Assembly (NCBI RefSeq): GCF_009914755.1 | Contig: NC_060933.1 | Origin: the human T2T-CHM13v2.0 reference genome, Homo sapiens | Reading direction: 5' to 3' (one strand) | DNA length: 64,000 nt | Shown here: positions 14,031 through 25,603 of the stretch, one piece after another | How positions within the stretch are numbered: position 1 is the stretch's first letter | How the letters are laid out: each line of letters starts with the position of its first letter | Notes under the pieces: model-generated | What the model was told of the DNA's origin: nothing | The model's database searches: none | The model's input: only the letters and a program-made list of their open reading frames with translations | Translations under genes and position numbers: made by a program

Positions 14031-14992
14031 CTGCTGGATCACTTGATGAGCGCTGCTTACCTGTGCCTCCTCGCCCCCTTCCATGCTCTCTGATTGACAC
14101 CAGGTGGATTCATTTTACTGCAGTTGCCCAGGGTCACTGAAATATCATTTCCTATAGAACAAAAAACTTGGCCCATCTTCCATCTTTTCTTCTGCAGTTT
14201 AGGTCCTGGAATACTTAAAGAAATTTTATTTCATTTCCATTCATAGGCTTCACATTTTACACCAATGGAAACTTCCATGTATTGATTTCATTTCATCAGA
14301 AAATTTCCAGTTCCCAAACCAAAGACTTAATGAAGACTGTCAAGGGGTTTTAGCTTCAAATTCAGAAACAGTTAAATCACAAACACAGCACAGCAGCATG
14401 TTATTCTAGAAGGCTGACAGTTTGTATGCAAATGTACACACCATCAAGTAAACAGAGAAAGAATGAAAATGCCTGTTAATGTCTTAATCTATTCCTCTTT
14501 CATTCTTCTATGTGCATGTCAGTTGGCTTTTCCCCAGGACATTTATTTCTCCCTAAGAGCCTCGGCTGTCTCCAGTGTTCCTGTAAGGCCAGGCTGCCTC
14601 CCAGAACTGCACATTTGTCTGGCATGTGAGCTGCAGAACACTCCACCTGCACTTTTTGCACCAAGGGGATTGATACCAGAGTGGGTTAACTGCTTGCAGA
14701 TAGGAGGAATCCATGCCTCATGCTTTCCTTGGAAACGTGTCACTCCCAGGATGGGTGTGGAGCTGCGTCTGTTTATAGCTCTTTCTCCTTCGCTGGTTCC
14801 TCAGAAATCACCAGGGCTACCAGGAAGATTTGCTTAACATTGCTTTGTAAAGGATGGTCTGAATTTAGAGCCCAGTTACATGCATATTGGCATGAGCTCA
14901 TTGTCTCATGTGGGAATATGCATCAGAAACTCCTTAGTTTCTTAAACTGCTGGATGATGCATTCTAACTAATTAGACATGCGCCTTGCCCAT

Positions 14993-16070
14993 TGTAGGCC
15001 CTGTGCTGGAGCCTGCCGGCTGCCAACCCCAACATCCATTCCCCTCTTCCTTCCTAATAATCCCTTCATTAGAGCACCAAGTTTTGGCCGGGCTCAGTAC
15101 TACAAGAATGGAAAGACCACCTTTCCCACCTTTCTTTGCAGCTAGGTTTGGCCACATGAGCACGTTTTCCTCTACGTGATATGAAGCAGGATATTGTGTG
15201 GACCGTGGGGGAACTCCCTGGCTCGGTCCAGGATCTCTAGAAAAGAGGCCCCAGGCAAGGCTTAAGTACTAAGACTTTCTCGGGAAGTGTAATCCTGGGG
15301 CAGCAAAAGTGAGGAAAAGGGACTAGGAGGCAGGAGAGTTGGAGGGCAAGCACGAGGTGGTGCCCCACAGAGCTGCCTCAGCATTGCGGGGAAGCAGGGC
15401 AGGTTGCTAGTCACATGGGGCTGCTCTCAGACAGGAACAGTCCACTTGAAGAGGAGAGGGCAGTTTATCTACCAGTGTCCTGCCTCAAGCTTCTTATTGG
15501 TCCAAGTTTGACCTCTGATATATTAAGTCCGTACCCTGCTTCCTGTTTGTATCTCAGACCGTGGGGTAGCCTTGAGGAAGGCTAGTTTTGGCACCCTGTG
15601 GCATAGGGCTTCCTCTGAGACCAGAAGTGAAATGTCAGAGCCTGTATGGACACCAGCATTTCTACTTTCTGCTGTGATGGGAGAAATAGAGGCTAGGATG
15701 AAGCCCGCCCTCACCTCAGAGACAGCTGAGTCAGCTCTTGAGCATGCTGCTAAGCCCCAGAAAATCTGGGGTAAAGCAAAAGCTGGGGTGGGTATGTCTT
15801 CTTGAAAGAGGAGTTGTGCCCTGGAATATAGATGTGATGGTTGGAGCTCTGGTAGCCATTTTTGAAGCTCAAGGGAGAGGGCAAAAAGCTAAAAATGATG
15901 GAGTGGGATCTAGAACGAAGCCTCTCTTCCTGATGCATGTTGAAGTTAACCTCTGTATGTCTGTTAGTTGTAGTGATGTCTTTTAAATGAAAAGGAAATA
16001 AAATTCTATTTTGTTTAAGCTGATATTATATATCATTTCTATATAAATCCCAAACTAATTTTAACTACTA
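14993..16070 (+). mobile_element. Old MLT1 (J/K/L class) LTR with a nested antisense LTR16-like piece (~15220-15790)
   Basis: CTTTGCAGCTAGGTTTGGCCACATGAG and GATGTGATGGTTGGAGCTCTGGTAGCCATT flank an unrelated LTR-like block. Confidence 0.5.
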
Positions 16071-16239
16071 CCACAAACAATAATTATTTGTTGGATGAAT
16101 GCATAAATACCCTGGTTTATTAAAATGTGTTGTATATCCAAAAGAGTAGATTCAGTGCAATGCACTTAACACCAAGGTCTGTCCTCTGGATTGGTGTGAA
16201 TCCTATCTATTTCATAGAGACTGGCTCTCATGGGTTCCT

Positions 16240-17265
16240 GCCTGTGCACTCCAGGCCCTGCCCACACTGATCTTGTGAGTCCCTGCATTATGGCACATTA
16301 ATTTCTCCTTCTTTCCCTGCTTTTCCACATGCTGTTTGCTCACATCTGACACTCACCCTCCATTTAAGAAGTTCCTCCTCATCTTTTATGATCCCCTTTA
16401 AATGTCACCTCCTCAATGAAGCCCTCTTGTATCCTCCGGGCAGAAGGTTCTTGCCTCACCTCCTATACCACGCTGTGGTGGCCACACTGCATTGTAATCG
16501 ATCTCTGTTTTCTGGGATGGTCTCTGCTCCACGCTGCCTTCTCCCCCAGCAGGCCCCAGCCCATGAGAACACAGTCCTTGTGGACATACAAGGCTGCCTT
16601 CAATCCCCTCCATGTCCCTGTCTTGCACTCTGAGGTTTCCATATCAGCCCTTCTCTCTCCTCCCTTCCACCCTTCCTTCCTCCTCCTCACTCTTTTCTAA
16701 AGGCGTGACATATTTTCCACAGAGAAAGCCAGTGGGAACCAGCACAAGCTCCCTGCCATGCCCGTCAGCCTCCAGGTAGCTGTGGACACCGCCCTCTCCC
16801 CAGGTGGCTCTCAGCCTCCTCCACCCTCTCCCTGGGTGGCTTTCAGCCTCCTCCGATCAGGACAGGCTTCACCAATGGGGACGAGCATTTGCTGCTCCTG
16901 CAGAAGGCCAGCACCACTATCATTTTCTAGAGCTTTTTGCTCATTCCAGAATTTGGCTGTAGCAATTTCCCCTGCTGTCTTCCACCATCAATTTTTGTGT
17001 CTCTACTGAATCATTCCCATCAACACATGAACATACTGTAATAATTCCCCTATCTTAAAAGAAAACCGCTTCTTTTACCCATTCCAGCTGCTGCCTCATT
17101 TCTCTACTCCTCTTTGTAGCAAACCCCACCCCGGGCTGATTTCCGGTCTTTATTTCTCCTTCAATTCTCCCTTGAATCGATTGCAGTCAGGTTGACGTTC
17201 CCCCTCCCAAAGTCAATGATGGTCTTGACATGGCTAGATCCAGTGGTCAGTCTTCAGCCCTGACT
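16240..17265 (+). mobile_element. L2 fragments
   Basis: AAATGTCACCTCCTCAATGAAGCCCTC; ATCCAGTGGTCAGTCTTCAGCCC. Confidence 0.5.
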
Positions 17266-17269
17266 CCAG

Positions 17270-17790
17270 GTACCTATTGCCATATAACAAGGCACCCGCA
17301 AACTTAACCAACAATCTGTTCTTATGAATGAGAACTTCCTCTGTTGACTGGGCTCAGTGGGGTGCTTCTAGATTGGATTTTCCTGTGGTGGCAGTTGGAT
17401 GGCATCTGGGCTGGAGTAACCTGAAGGCTCTGCTGGCACACAGGTGGCCAGCCACTGGTGCTGCCTATTGGCTGCAACTGCACCAGGGACCTTTGACCAG
17501 AGAACCCACACGTGGCCTCTCATGACGCTGGCCTCTCAGAGTGTGACAGTCAGGTTCTGTGAAGGAGTATTCCAAGGGCAAGTGTTCCAGGAAATGAGAA
17601 GCAGAAGCTGCCGGGACACTCAGGGGCTCTGCCGGGAGCCAGTGCAGGCTCATTCTTCTTCGTTCCGTTGGTCACAGCAGTCCCTCGGCCCATCTAGTTT
17701 CAAGGAGTGGGGGCGGGTGGGGGAGAAATGCAGCCCACCTCTTGATGAGGGAGTGAGTGGCAAGGTCACATGGAGGAGCACCTGGCACAC
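17270..17790 (-). mobile_element. MLT1 (H/I class) LTR
   Basis: CTATTGCCATATAACAA...CCCACCTCTTGATGAGGGAGTG..GCAAGGTCACAT. Confidence 0.65.
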
Positions 17791-18964
17791 TGCACCACTC
17801 TTCTTTCTGAGCACTTCCTGGACAGGGCTGTCCTTGTTCCCCAGCTCTCCAGCTGCCTGTCCTCAGTGCCTTTGCTGGACTTCTCACCATCCCAGGTTCT
17901 GCACGCTGCAGCTCTGCAAGGTGTGGGCTCTTCCTCTTCTTTTCTGTCTACAGCTTCTTCCTAGATCTCCTGATGCAGCGCTGTGGCTTTGAGGGGTACA
18001 TGTCTGTCCGGGCCTGGGGCAGGTCCAACAGGGTTCTGCTAAGGTTCACACATCTCTAGGTAATTGCTCTGGGGTTCAGAAGAGTGGGGCTCTTTCTCCA
18101 GAGGAGTTCAGAATGAGCTGCCCCCCACCCCCGCGGGGTGGTCTCTCTAGAGTTAGAAAGCAATGGACTGACCCTGTGGCCCATATTACTACTGTTCACC
18201 AACACAGCCCCCTATTGTTCTCCCCTGAGAGAACAGTACTTTTTGCTCTCCTTGAATTGGCTGGGGCTACCTGACTTGCTTCGGTCAGTGGCCTGGAAGT
18301 ATTTTATTACCAATACTTGCCTCTCTCTTTCTTCCCCTGCCTCCCTGATTGGGGAAATGTGTATTGATATGGAAATACCATGGGTGGCATTGAATGCCAG
18401 TCTCACATGTCAGGAAATGCCTGGGCCCAGGACAAGCTTGGGACACGTGAGACACAAACTCCGGCTGTGCTAAGTCACTGTGATTTGGGGTTGTTACGAC
18501 ACTATAACTGTCTGCCAGGCCTGATAGAACACTTAACTGGGCTTTTCAGAAAAATAGGGCAAATTCCCAGTATGATTCCAATATAGAAAATAGAAACCCT
18601 CTCACCACCCCGACACTCTTCTCTCCCACATGTGTGGGAGAGAAAGATAAAAACATAAAGATAGAAAACAAAGATTCTGAGTTTCCGAACATTCTGGATG
18701 TGTCTTCTAAAGCACTAGAGGTTCACCAACATTTGATATTTGTCTCCAAGTGTCCCTCCCCAGAGGGGTAAGGTGGAGTCCAGCCCTGCCTCCAGCTGAG
18801 AAAAGAGAAGCACCCCACAGCAGCTGCTTGCACAGCTATGGAAGAGCTGCATTCCGTCAAATCCCTGCCTTTGTTGAATGCCCACCAACAGGCTGCCAGC
18901 GTGAATATGAACAAGACAGAACCTGCTCCCTGGGAGTTCCTGATATGACGGGGTGTGTGCTGTG

Positions 18965-19480
18965 TCTGCTCATTCACCCAACCGGCATTTACTGAGCACC
19001 TGCTGCATGCAGCTCTATTCTAGGCCCCTGGGACACAGCAGGGAGCAGAAGCTATTGAATGAAGTCCATGCCTGGCAGGCTCTTCCTTTCTGGGTGGGAT
19101 GGGGACAATCAGTGCTAAGTACCAGGAAAAAAGGAGAAAGAGATTAAAGTGTGACCAGGGAAGCCTGGCCTTAAATAAGCCAACCTCTCAAATAGGGGGA
19201 TATTTGAGCGGAGACTATAAGCATAGTGAATGAGACAGCCAGGTAGGCTCCTGGGGAAAGGGTCTTCCAGGCCAGGAGAACAGCCAAGACAAAGGCCGTG
19301 AGGTGGAAACTCACTCAGAATGTTGGAGAAACAGAGGCTCGGGGGCTCTGGAGTGTGGTAAGTGGGGTGGAGGGAGGCCAGGCTGAGGGTTCGGAGGGGT
19401 GTGGTGGCTCCTGTGCAGATATTGGGTAACAGTCTGGCCTGTTGACTTCGCACTGTGGACAGCCTGGCAGGGGAGATTTG
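18965..19480 (-). mobile_element. L2 fragment
   Basis: CATTTACTGAGCACCTGCTGCATGCAG; AAAGGCCGTGAGGTGGAAAC. Confidence 0.65.
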
Positions 19481-20480
19481 TACTAGGCCATGAGTATCAT
19501 GACACGCTCTCCGATTCTAAAGCTTAAAAGCCTGCCTGTGGTTCCATTCTGATGGGAAAATATTCAATCATATTTTTAAAATGTTTCCAATGCAAACATC
19601 AATTGATTCCTGGGTAACAACTGAGGAACAGGCTTTTCTCTATGTAAGTGGCTCGAAGTCACATAGTGTTATTTCATATCCTCAAATATTTAAACAGAGT
19701 TCTAGAAATTTAAATGCATTTTTCTTTTTCTTAATGCATCCAGGATCTGCTACTTCCTGCTCCATACAGGTGGAACTGTTCTGTTGAAATGTTTTTTCTT
19801 CTCTTGCTTCCTGGAATTGGTTTGCTTAGGGAAATTGGTTGAGAGTGAGAAGTGTTTATCCCTGGCACACTCATAGGAGCCCTTAACGGGGAGGCCGCCT
19901 AACCTGTCGGCATCCACACTGAAGTGTTGTTATACCCGCCTAGGGATGCAGGTCATGACATCCTGGCTCTGGGAACACCTCCTCTTCTGTTTGGCCGGGA
20001 TGGCTATTTGTAGGATATGTTCAGGCATGTGCATCAGAGGCACGGGTTTCAGAGCCAAACAATAACTGGAAAAAGCTATAATCACCAGAATCAATTCCCA
20101 ATTCCTGATCCTACAGCTGTTTGTTGCTCTCCATTTTAAATTGGATTTTTCTTTGAGGATGTGGTATTTCAGAACAAATCATCATCCATCTAGTTTTTGA
20201 TGGAAGCTCCCCGGATCACCACAGTGAAATTAGACCAGACAAAGAAATGAAGGGAGGAGCAGATGTGCCCATTTTTCAATTTCCGTTCAAGTGGGCCTCC
20301 AGGAAAAGTATCAGGACAGTCACAAGGTACCTGAAATGTCATCTCCAGAGCATGTGATGGTTGGGTTCTGGAGAAAGGGCTCTCCTTTGTTATCACATTC
20401 CAGAGGTGAAATGTAGATGTTAGTGGGCCTCACTCCACCTGATTTGGGTGGAAGGCAGGTAGTGAGGAGATCTCCCATGG

Positions 20481-20540
20481 TGCTATGGACTGAATTGTGT
20501 CTCCCCAAGTTCATATGTTGAACCCCTAAACCCAGCACAT
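20481..20540 (+). mobile_element. Short MLT1A/B 5' fragment
   Basis: TGCTATGGACTGAATTGTGTCTCCCCAAGTTCATATGTTGAA. Confidence 0.75.
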
Positions 20541-22166
20541 GGCGGTCAGGATGTCAATGTTGAAAGTGATAAGTCTAAGTCATATTTGGGGCAAGAGATG
20601 CCAGCACTGGACACCCGGGAGAATGGGTTCACCTGGCCTATGGCCAGGCAAGGCCAGGCAGCCCAGGCCTCCCTGCACAAGGGCTGTCCCTACAACACTG
20701 TTGCAGGGGGCAGATCACACCTCAGCCCTTTGTAGACCATTGGACTGCTGGCAAGAAGTATTCCTGCTCCTCTCCTCGGAAAGTCCCTTGTTCTCCCCTG
20801 GGAGAGGAAGGAGAGATGGAGAGTGTCCAGAAGCGTCAGCCTGATGGACATGGAAGGAAACTCCAGGAAGAGGGCAACAGCATCTCCTTTCCTGTACAGT
20901 CCAATTCAGGAAATAGATTTTAACCCAGTAAAAGGGTAAACAATTACATAGTATGAAAACAGCCCAAAGGAAACATCGGTGCAGTGCAGGAGGGCCAGAG
21001 TTAGAGAACCCATGCTTGATGTGACGCAAGGAGGTGGCATTCAGGCTGATGCGTGGGAGCAGCATTGTGGCTAACAGCAAGAGGGAAGGTGTTTGGGTGG
21101 AGGGAACAGCATGGCCCAGTCCTCAAAATGTGAAAGAAGGCACCGTGTGTGTTAGGAAACAAAAGAAAGCCAAAGATTATGGCACGGAGGGCAGGAGGCG
21201 TGTAAGGAGAGAGAAACGGGAAGCCCTGTAGGGTGGGGTCGATGGAGAAGAGGCTGAGAGTGGGAAAGCCGTCGGGATGCCACAGTAGGCCCAGGTTGAG
21301 GCACTGCAGCTGGGACCAGGCATTAGCAAGTGTCCTGGAAAGCCTGCAGCAGAGATGTGGTTCGAGAGGAGGAGCTGGCAGGCTTTGCTTGTCACTTCTG
21401 CATATGGAAAAGGAAAAGGTAAGAGCCGAGGACGAATCTGGCATTGGAGTCCAAATTTCTGTGTTGGAACCATGTGGACCATTGGACTTTAGGTAGTTAT
21501 TTTTGTGAACAATGACCACAAGTGCCTCTAAGACATTAACTGGTGGTTTGAAGTCATGTAAATCATGATTACAGGGGCTGCCTTTGAGGATTAGAGACTT
21601 GAGTTTTAAATTTGCTGGCATAGAGGCTGGTGGTGAGGTAGTGGGAAGAAGGTCCAATGGAAGGAAACAAAACAGTACCTCATGTTACTGGTTTCATCTT
21701 TGTGCTGTCTCTTCTTGTTCCTCTGCACAGATTCAGTCAAACAGTGGCTTATTTCTTAAGTCCATTATAAAGTATTAATAGATCCACACTTTTTTTTTCC
21801 ACTTGACTTTTCTGGAAACATCTATTTTAAGCAAGACTTGAGAAGCTTTCAGGAAAATCTAGTCACTCCTTAATCCACCGGGCAGGTGTGATAGAAGCAG
21901 CTGAGAGAGAAAGAGAACGTGTTTCCATGGCGCCTGGCCAGCCAGCTCAGCTCTAATCCAGTAGATGAATGTTCTGTAGACCTACTCTGAGCCTTTTTCC
22001 AGTCCTTCTTGCTGTTACTCCCTGCGGAATGTAAAATTGCCAGGAGATTAAAATATTCACCTTTAACTCCATCAGGAGTCCCTCAAGGGTTTTCGGGGTA
22101 ATGAAGTTCTCTGATAAATGCACAAATTTATCCCAACCACCTTCATTTTATTTGGTATTTATCTAG

Positions 22167-22650
22167 AGTGGTCAGCTAAATAGTCTCCCCAAAGATGTCC
22201 ACATTCTAATACCTGGAGTCTGTGAATGTATGACCTTATTTGGCAAAAGTTCCTTTGCAGATGGAACTAATTTAAGGATCCTGAGATGGAAAAACTCTCC
22301 TGGATTATCTGGGTGGGCCCAATATATAGCCAGGATCTTCATAAGAGAAAGGCAGACAAGTTAGAGATGGAGTTAAGAGAGAAAAGATGAAAGGACAGAA
22401 GGAGAGACTGGAATGATGCCCCTTGAAGATGAAGGAAGCGGCCGTGAGCCAAGGAATGTGGGAAAAGGCCAGGGAGTGTATCTTCCCTTGGAGCTTCTAG
22501 TAGTAACACTGGCCAGCAAACACCTTGATTTTAGCCTGATGAGAGAAATCTAGGACTTCTGACCTCCAGAGCTACAGGATAGTAAGTTCATGTTGTCTGA
22601 AGCCAATACATCTGTGCTAATTTGTTACCACAACTATAGGAGCTTAGATG
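22167..22650 (+). mobile_element. MLT1D-like solo LTR
   Basis: CCCCAAAGATGTCCAC...GGATTATCTGGGTGGGCCCAAT...GACTTCTGACCTCCAGA. Confidence 0.85.
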
Positions 22651-22895
22651 TCCGCACATTAAACCTGCAATGATCTAATCACATAGGATGAACATGGAAC
22701 TGTGTGTTCCCATTAAATTCATGTTTCTAAGCCATTTTATACCCTGTCCTTCATTCACCCAGGTTGATTGTGACACTTAGTTATTATTACATAATGAAAT
22801 CCTTTTCCTCAACAAAACAAGAGGATCTTAGCTGATTTTTGTTTGGGATGGGCCCAGAACTAGCATCTAAAGTTGCCTTTTTACATGGCTATTTA

Positions 22896-23306
22896 CAGGG
22901 TGGTCAGAAAGTCTGGAAATAATGATAATATTACTTTACCTTGGAATGGAACATAAATCAAACATTAAGCCTGGGCACAGTGGCTCACGCCTATAATCTC
23001 AGCACTTTGGGAAGCTGAGGTAGCCAGATCGCTTAAGCTTAGGAGTTAGAGAATAATAGCCTGGGCAACAAGGTGAAACCATGTCTCTCCAAAATACAAA
23101 AATTTAGCCGGATGTGGTGGCACATGCCTGTAGTCCCAATACTTGGGGGGCTGAGGTGGGAGGATCGCTTGAGCCTAGGAGGTCGAGGCTGCAGTGAGCC
23201 AAGATCACACCACTGCACTCCAGCACGGGTGACAGAGTGAGACCCTGTATTAAAAACCAAAATGAATATACATTCATGTCTGTTCTTAGAGTTGTTGACC
23301 ACCTTG
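22896..23306. mobile_element. Tc1/mariner-type MITE (DNA1_Mam-like), interrupted by AluJ
   Basis: TA|CAGGGTGGTCAGAAAGTC ... GTTGTTGACCACCTTG|TA: imperfect TIRs with TA duplication. Confidence 0.6.
22968..23262 (+). mobile_element. AluJ
   Basis: J diagnostics GGAGGATCGCTTGAGCC, GAGGCTGCAGTGAGC, GAGACCCTG. Confidence 0.93.
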
Positions 23307-24149
23307 TAGAATATTCTGTTAATATTGTCCGAGATACTGCTGAACTGCAGCTATGTAAGTAGGTGTGAAGATGGCTGATGGAGTTGTATTGTTTTGATGA
23401 GTCAGTAAATTATATTATTCATTGCAGGGCTTCGATTAGACATTGGTGGCTGCTATTGCTTTTGTTAACTGATTTGATAACTTTATATGAAATTCATTTA
23501 TTCCTCCCACAAATATTCACTGAATGCCTACTATGTGCTCAGCATGGTACTTTAGGCTCTGGGAAGTCAAGGATGAGCAAAATAGACCCGGCTGCAGATC
23601 CATGAGAGTCCAATAGAAAGCAAGAGTCACACGCGCAGCGCTTGGCAGCCCAGGACAGTGTTACGTGGCAGAGGGCCTTGAGGCCAAGGAAGGGTCTGGG
23701 GCGTCCTCAGAGGGGTGGGGGCCGAGCTGGAGGCTGAGGCATGAGGAGTTGACCAGGCAAAGGATCATGCTGCAGTATGGGGAAGGCAGTGGGTGCTGGG
23801 GACATGGTCAGCCAGGTGGTGAGCAGTGAGCGGGGTGGGATGGGGTGATGAGTGCTCCACGGTCGGGGCTCTGGCAGGCATTCTGGTCCCTTAGGAGCAA
23901 GGAGCATGTCTCAGGCTGCAAGCCCAAGAAAAGAGCCCAGGGAGGGGATTCTCCAGGATGTGCCTCAGTGAGGGGCAGCTCCTGAGGGCGGCAGGAGAGG
24001 CCTCAAAGGAAGGGAACAAGGATGTCTCAGCTGCGCCCAACCTCAGCCTGACGCCATGGCGTGTCAGGCACCAAGGGACCCACAGCTCTGCCTTCCTCCT
24101 GCTGCAGCTTTCTCTGCTGTGGCCGTCACGTCAGAAGCACTGCAAGTGC

Positions 24150-24555
24150 AGGTGCGCATGTAAGCACATGAGTGGTATGAACAGGTGCATGCGGGTGTGT
24201 ATGAGTGTGAGTGTATGTATGTGTGGCTGTGCTGTGTGTGAACATGGGAATGTGTGTGAGTGTGAGTGCATGTGACATGGGAATGTGGTGTATGTGTGTG
24301 TGAATCTGTGTGCATTTGGCAGTGTGTGTGGATGTGTGGACGTGCTTGTGAACATGTGTACATGTGCATGTGTATACATGTATTAGTGTGAGTGGATGTG
24401 TGTATGTTTGCGTGAGTGTGCCAAGTGTGTATGTCAAGTGCATATGTGCCTGTGTGCGTTAGTGTGTGTGGGTGTGTGTGTGGGGGTGTTGAGTGTGTGA
24501 GTGCTTATGTGTGTTTCTGTGGGTGTGTGAGAGTGTGTGCCTGTGCACATATGTA
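24150..24555. repeat. Degenerate (TG)n tract at the tail of the adjacent antisense L1MA
   Basis: Direct inspection. Confidence 0.9.
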
Positions 24556-25020
24556 TATAGTTATGGTGTACAACATGATGTTTTGATATATGTATACATT
24601 GCGGAAGGGCTAAATCAAGCTAATTAACATATGCATTCCCTCATATACTTATTTGTTGTGGTGAGAATATTTAAAATGAATGCTTTTAATAATTTTCAAG
24701 TACACAATACATTGTTATTAACTATAATCACCATGCTGTACAATAGATCTCTTGAATTTATTAATACTAATATTGAGTATTAATTGCTATTAATACTCCT
24801 CCTTCTAACTGAGATTTTGTACTCTTTGACCAACATCTTCCCCAGCCCTGCTGCCCTTCAGCTCCCAGTAGCTGCCATTCTACTGTCTGCTGCTGTGACT
24901 CTGGCTTTTGCAGATTCCACATGTAAGTGATGGGATCGTGCAGTATTTTTCTTTCTGTGCCTGGCTTATTTCACTTAGCACAATATCCTCCATGATCATT
25001 CATGTTGCTGCAATATGACT
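24556..25020 (-). mobile_element. L1MA (MA8/9-like) 3' end
   Basis: GTGTACAACATGATGTTTTGATATATG...TGCCTGGCTTATTTCACTTAGCA. Confidence 0.88.
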
Positions 25021-25071
25021 TTTTTTTATGCAAACGTTTTCAAATGGAGAGCCCATCAGTGGAAGATCAGG

Positions 25072-25190
25072 GTAGGTAGACAGACAGATAGACAATAGAT
25101 AGATGGATAATAGATAATAGAGAAATAGATAATGCATAATATAGACAATAGATAGATATTAGACAGATGATAGATAGTAGATAGACAGGT
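25072..25190. repeat. Degenerate (TAGA)n microsatellite
   Basis: Direct inspection. Confidence 0.85.
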
Positions 25191-25224
25191 ACACTGAACA
25201 GAAAGACAGACAATGGCAGACCAC

Positions 25225-25603
25225 ATATGGCAATAGAGGTCTAGCTCACAGTCTCTGCAGCTGTTGGCCCAGAAGAATCAGGACTCAGCCCAAAACTGCC
25301 AGCTTCCCATTTTTTGTTGTTGCTTCTAACTCAGAACCAAAAAAAGAATGTCAAACAGGCACCCTTCCTCAATCCCGTGGGACATCCCCCTCTTCTAGCT
25401 GGCCACTCCAGCTTCCCCAGGCTGACAGCCTGCAATAGGGCCCACCTGGGCCTTTGCTTTTCCCTCAGTGAAGCTTCCCCACCCCTCAGCCTGCCCGGGA
25501 GCCACTGCAAACACAAGTGACAGTGGCCGACTGTCCTGCTGTAGCAACCTCTGAATAAATTGTCTGTCTTTGTTCACATCTGGGTAGATTTCATTATTTC
25601 CAC
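25225..25603 (+). mobile_element. Old LTR remnant (possibly MER90/MER110 class)
   Basis: 3' end GCTGTAGCAACCTCTGAATAAA...TTATTTCCAC; family uncertain. Confidence 0.4.

Noticed and set aside
21001-21657. 218-aa ORF and other 150-190 aa ORFs (17444, 25911, 50274, 52073, 53760)
   Set aside because: No recognisable domain, several overlap decayed L2/MLT1 sequence, and lengths fit chance in GC-richer DNA.
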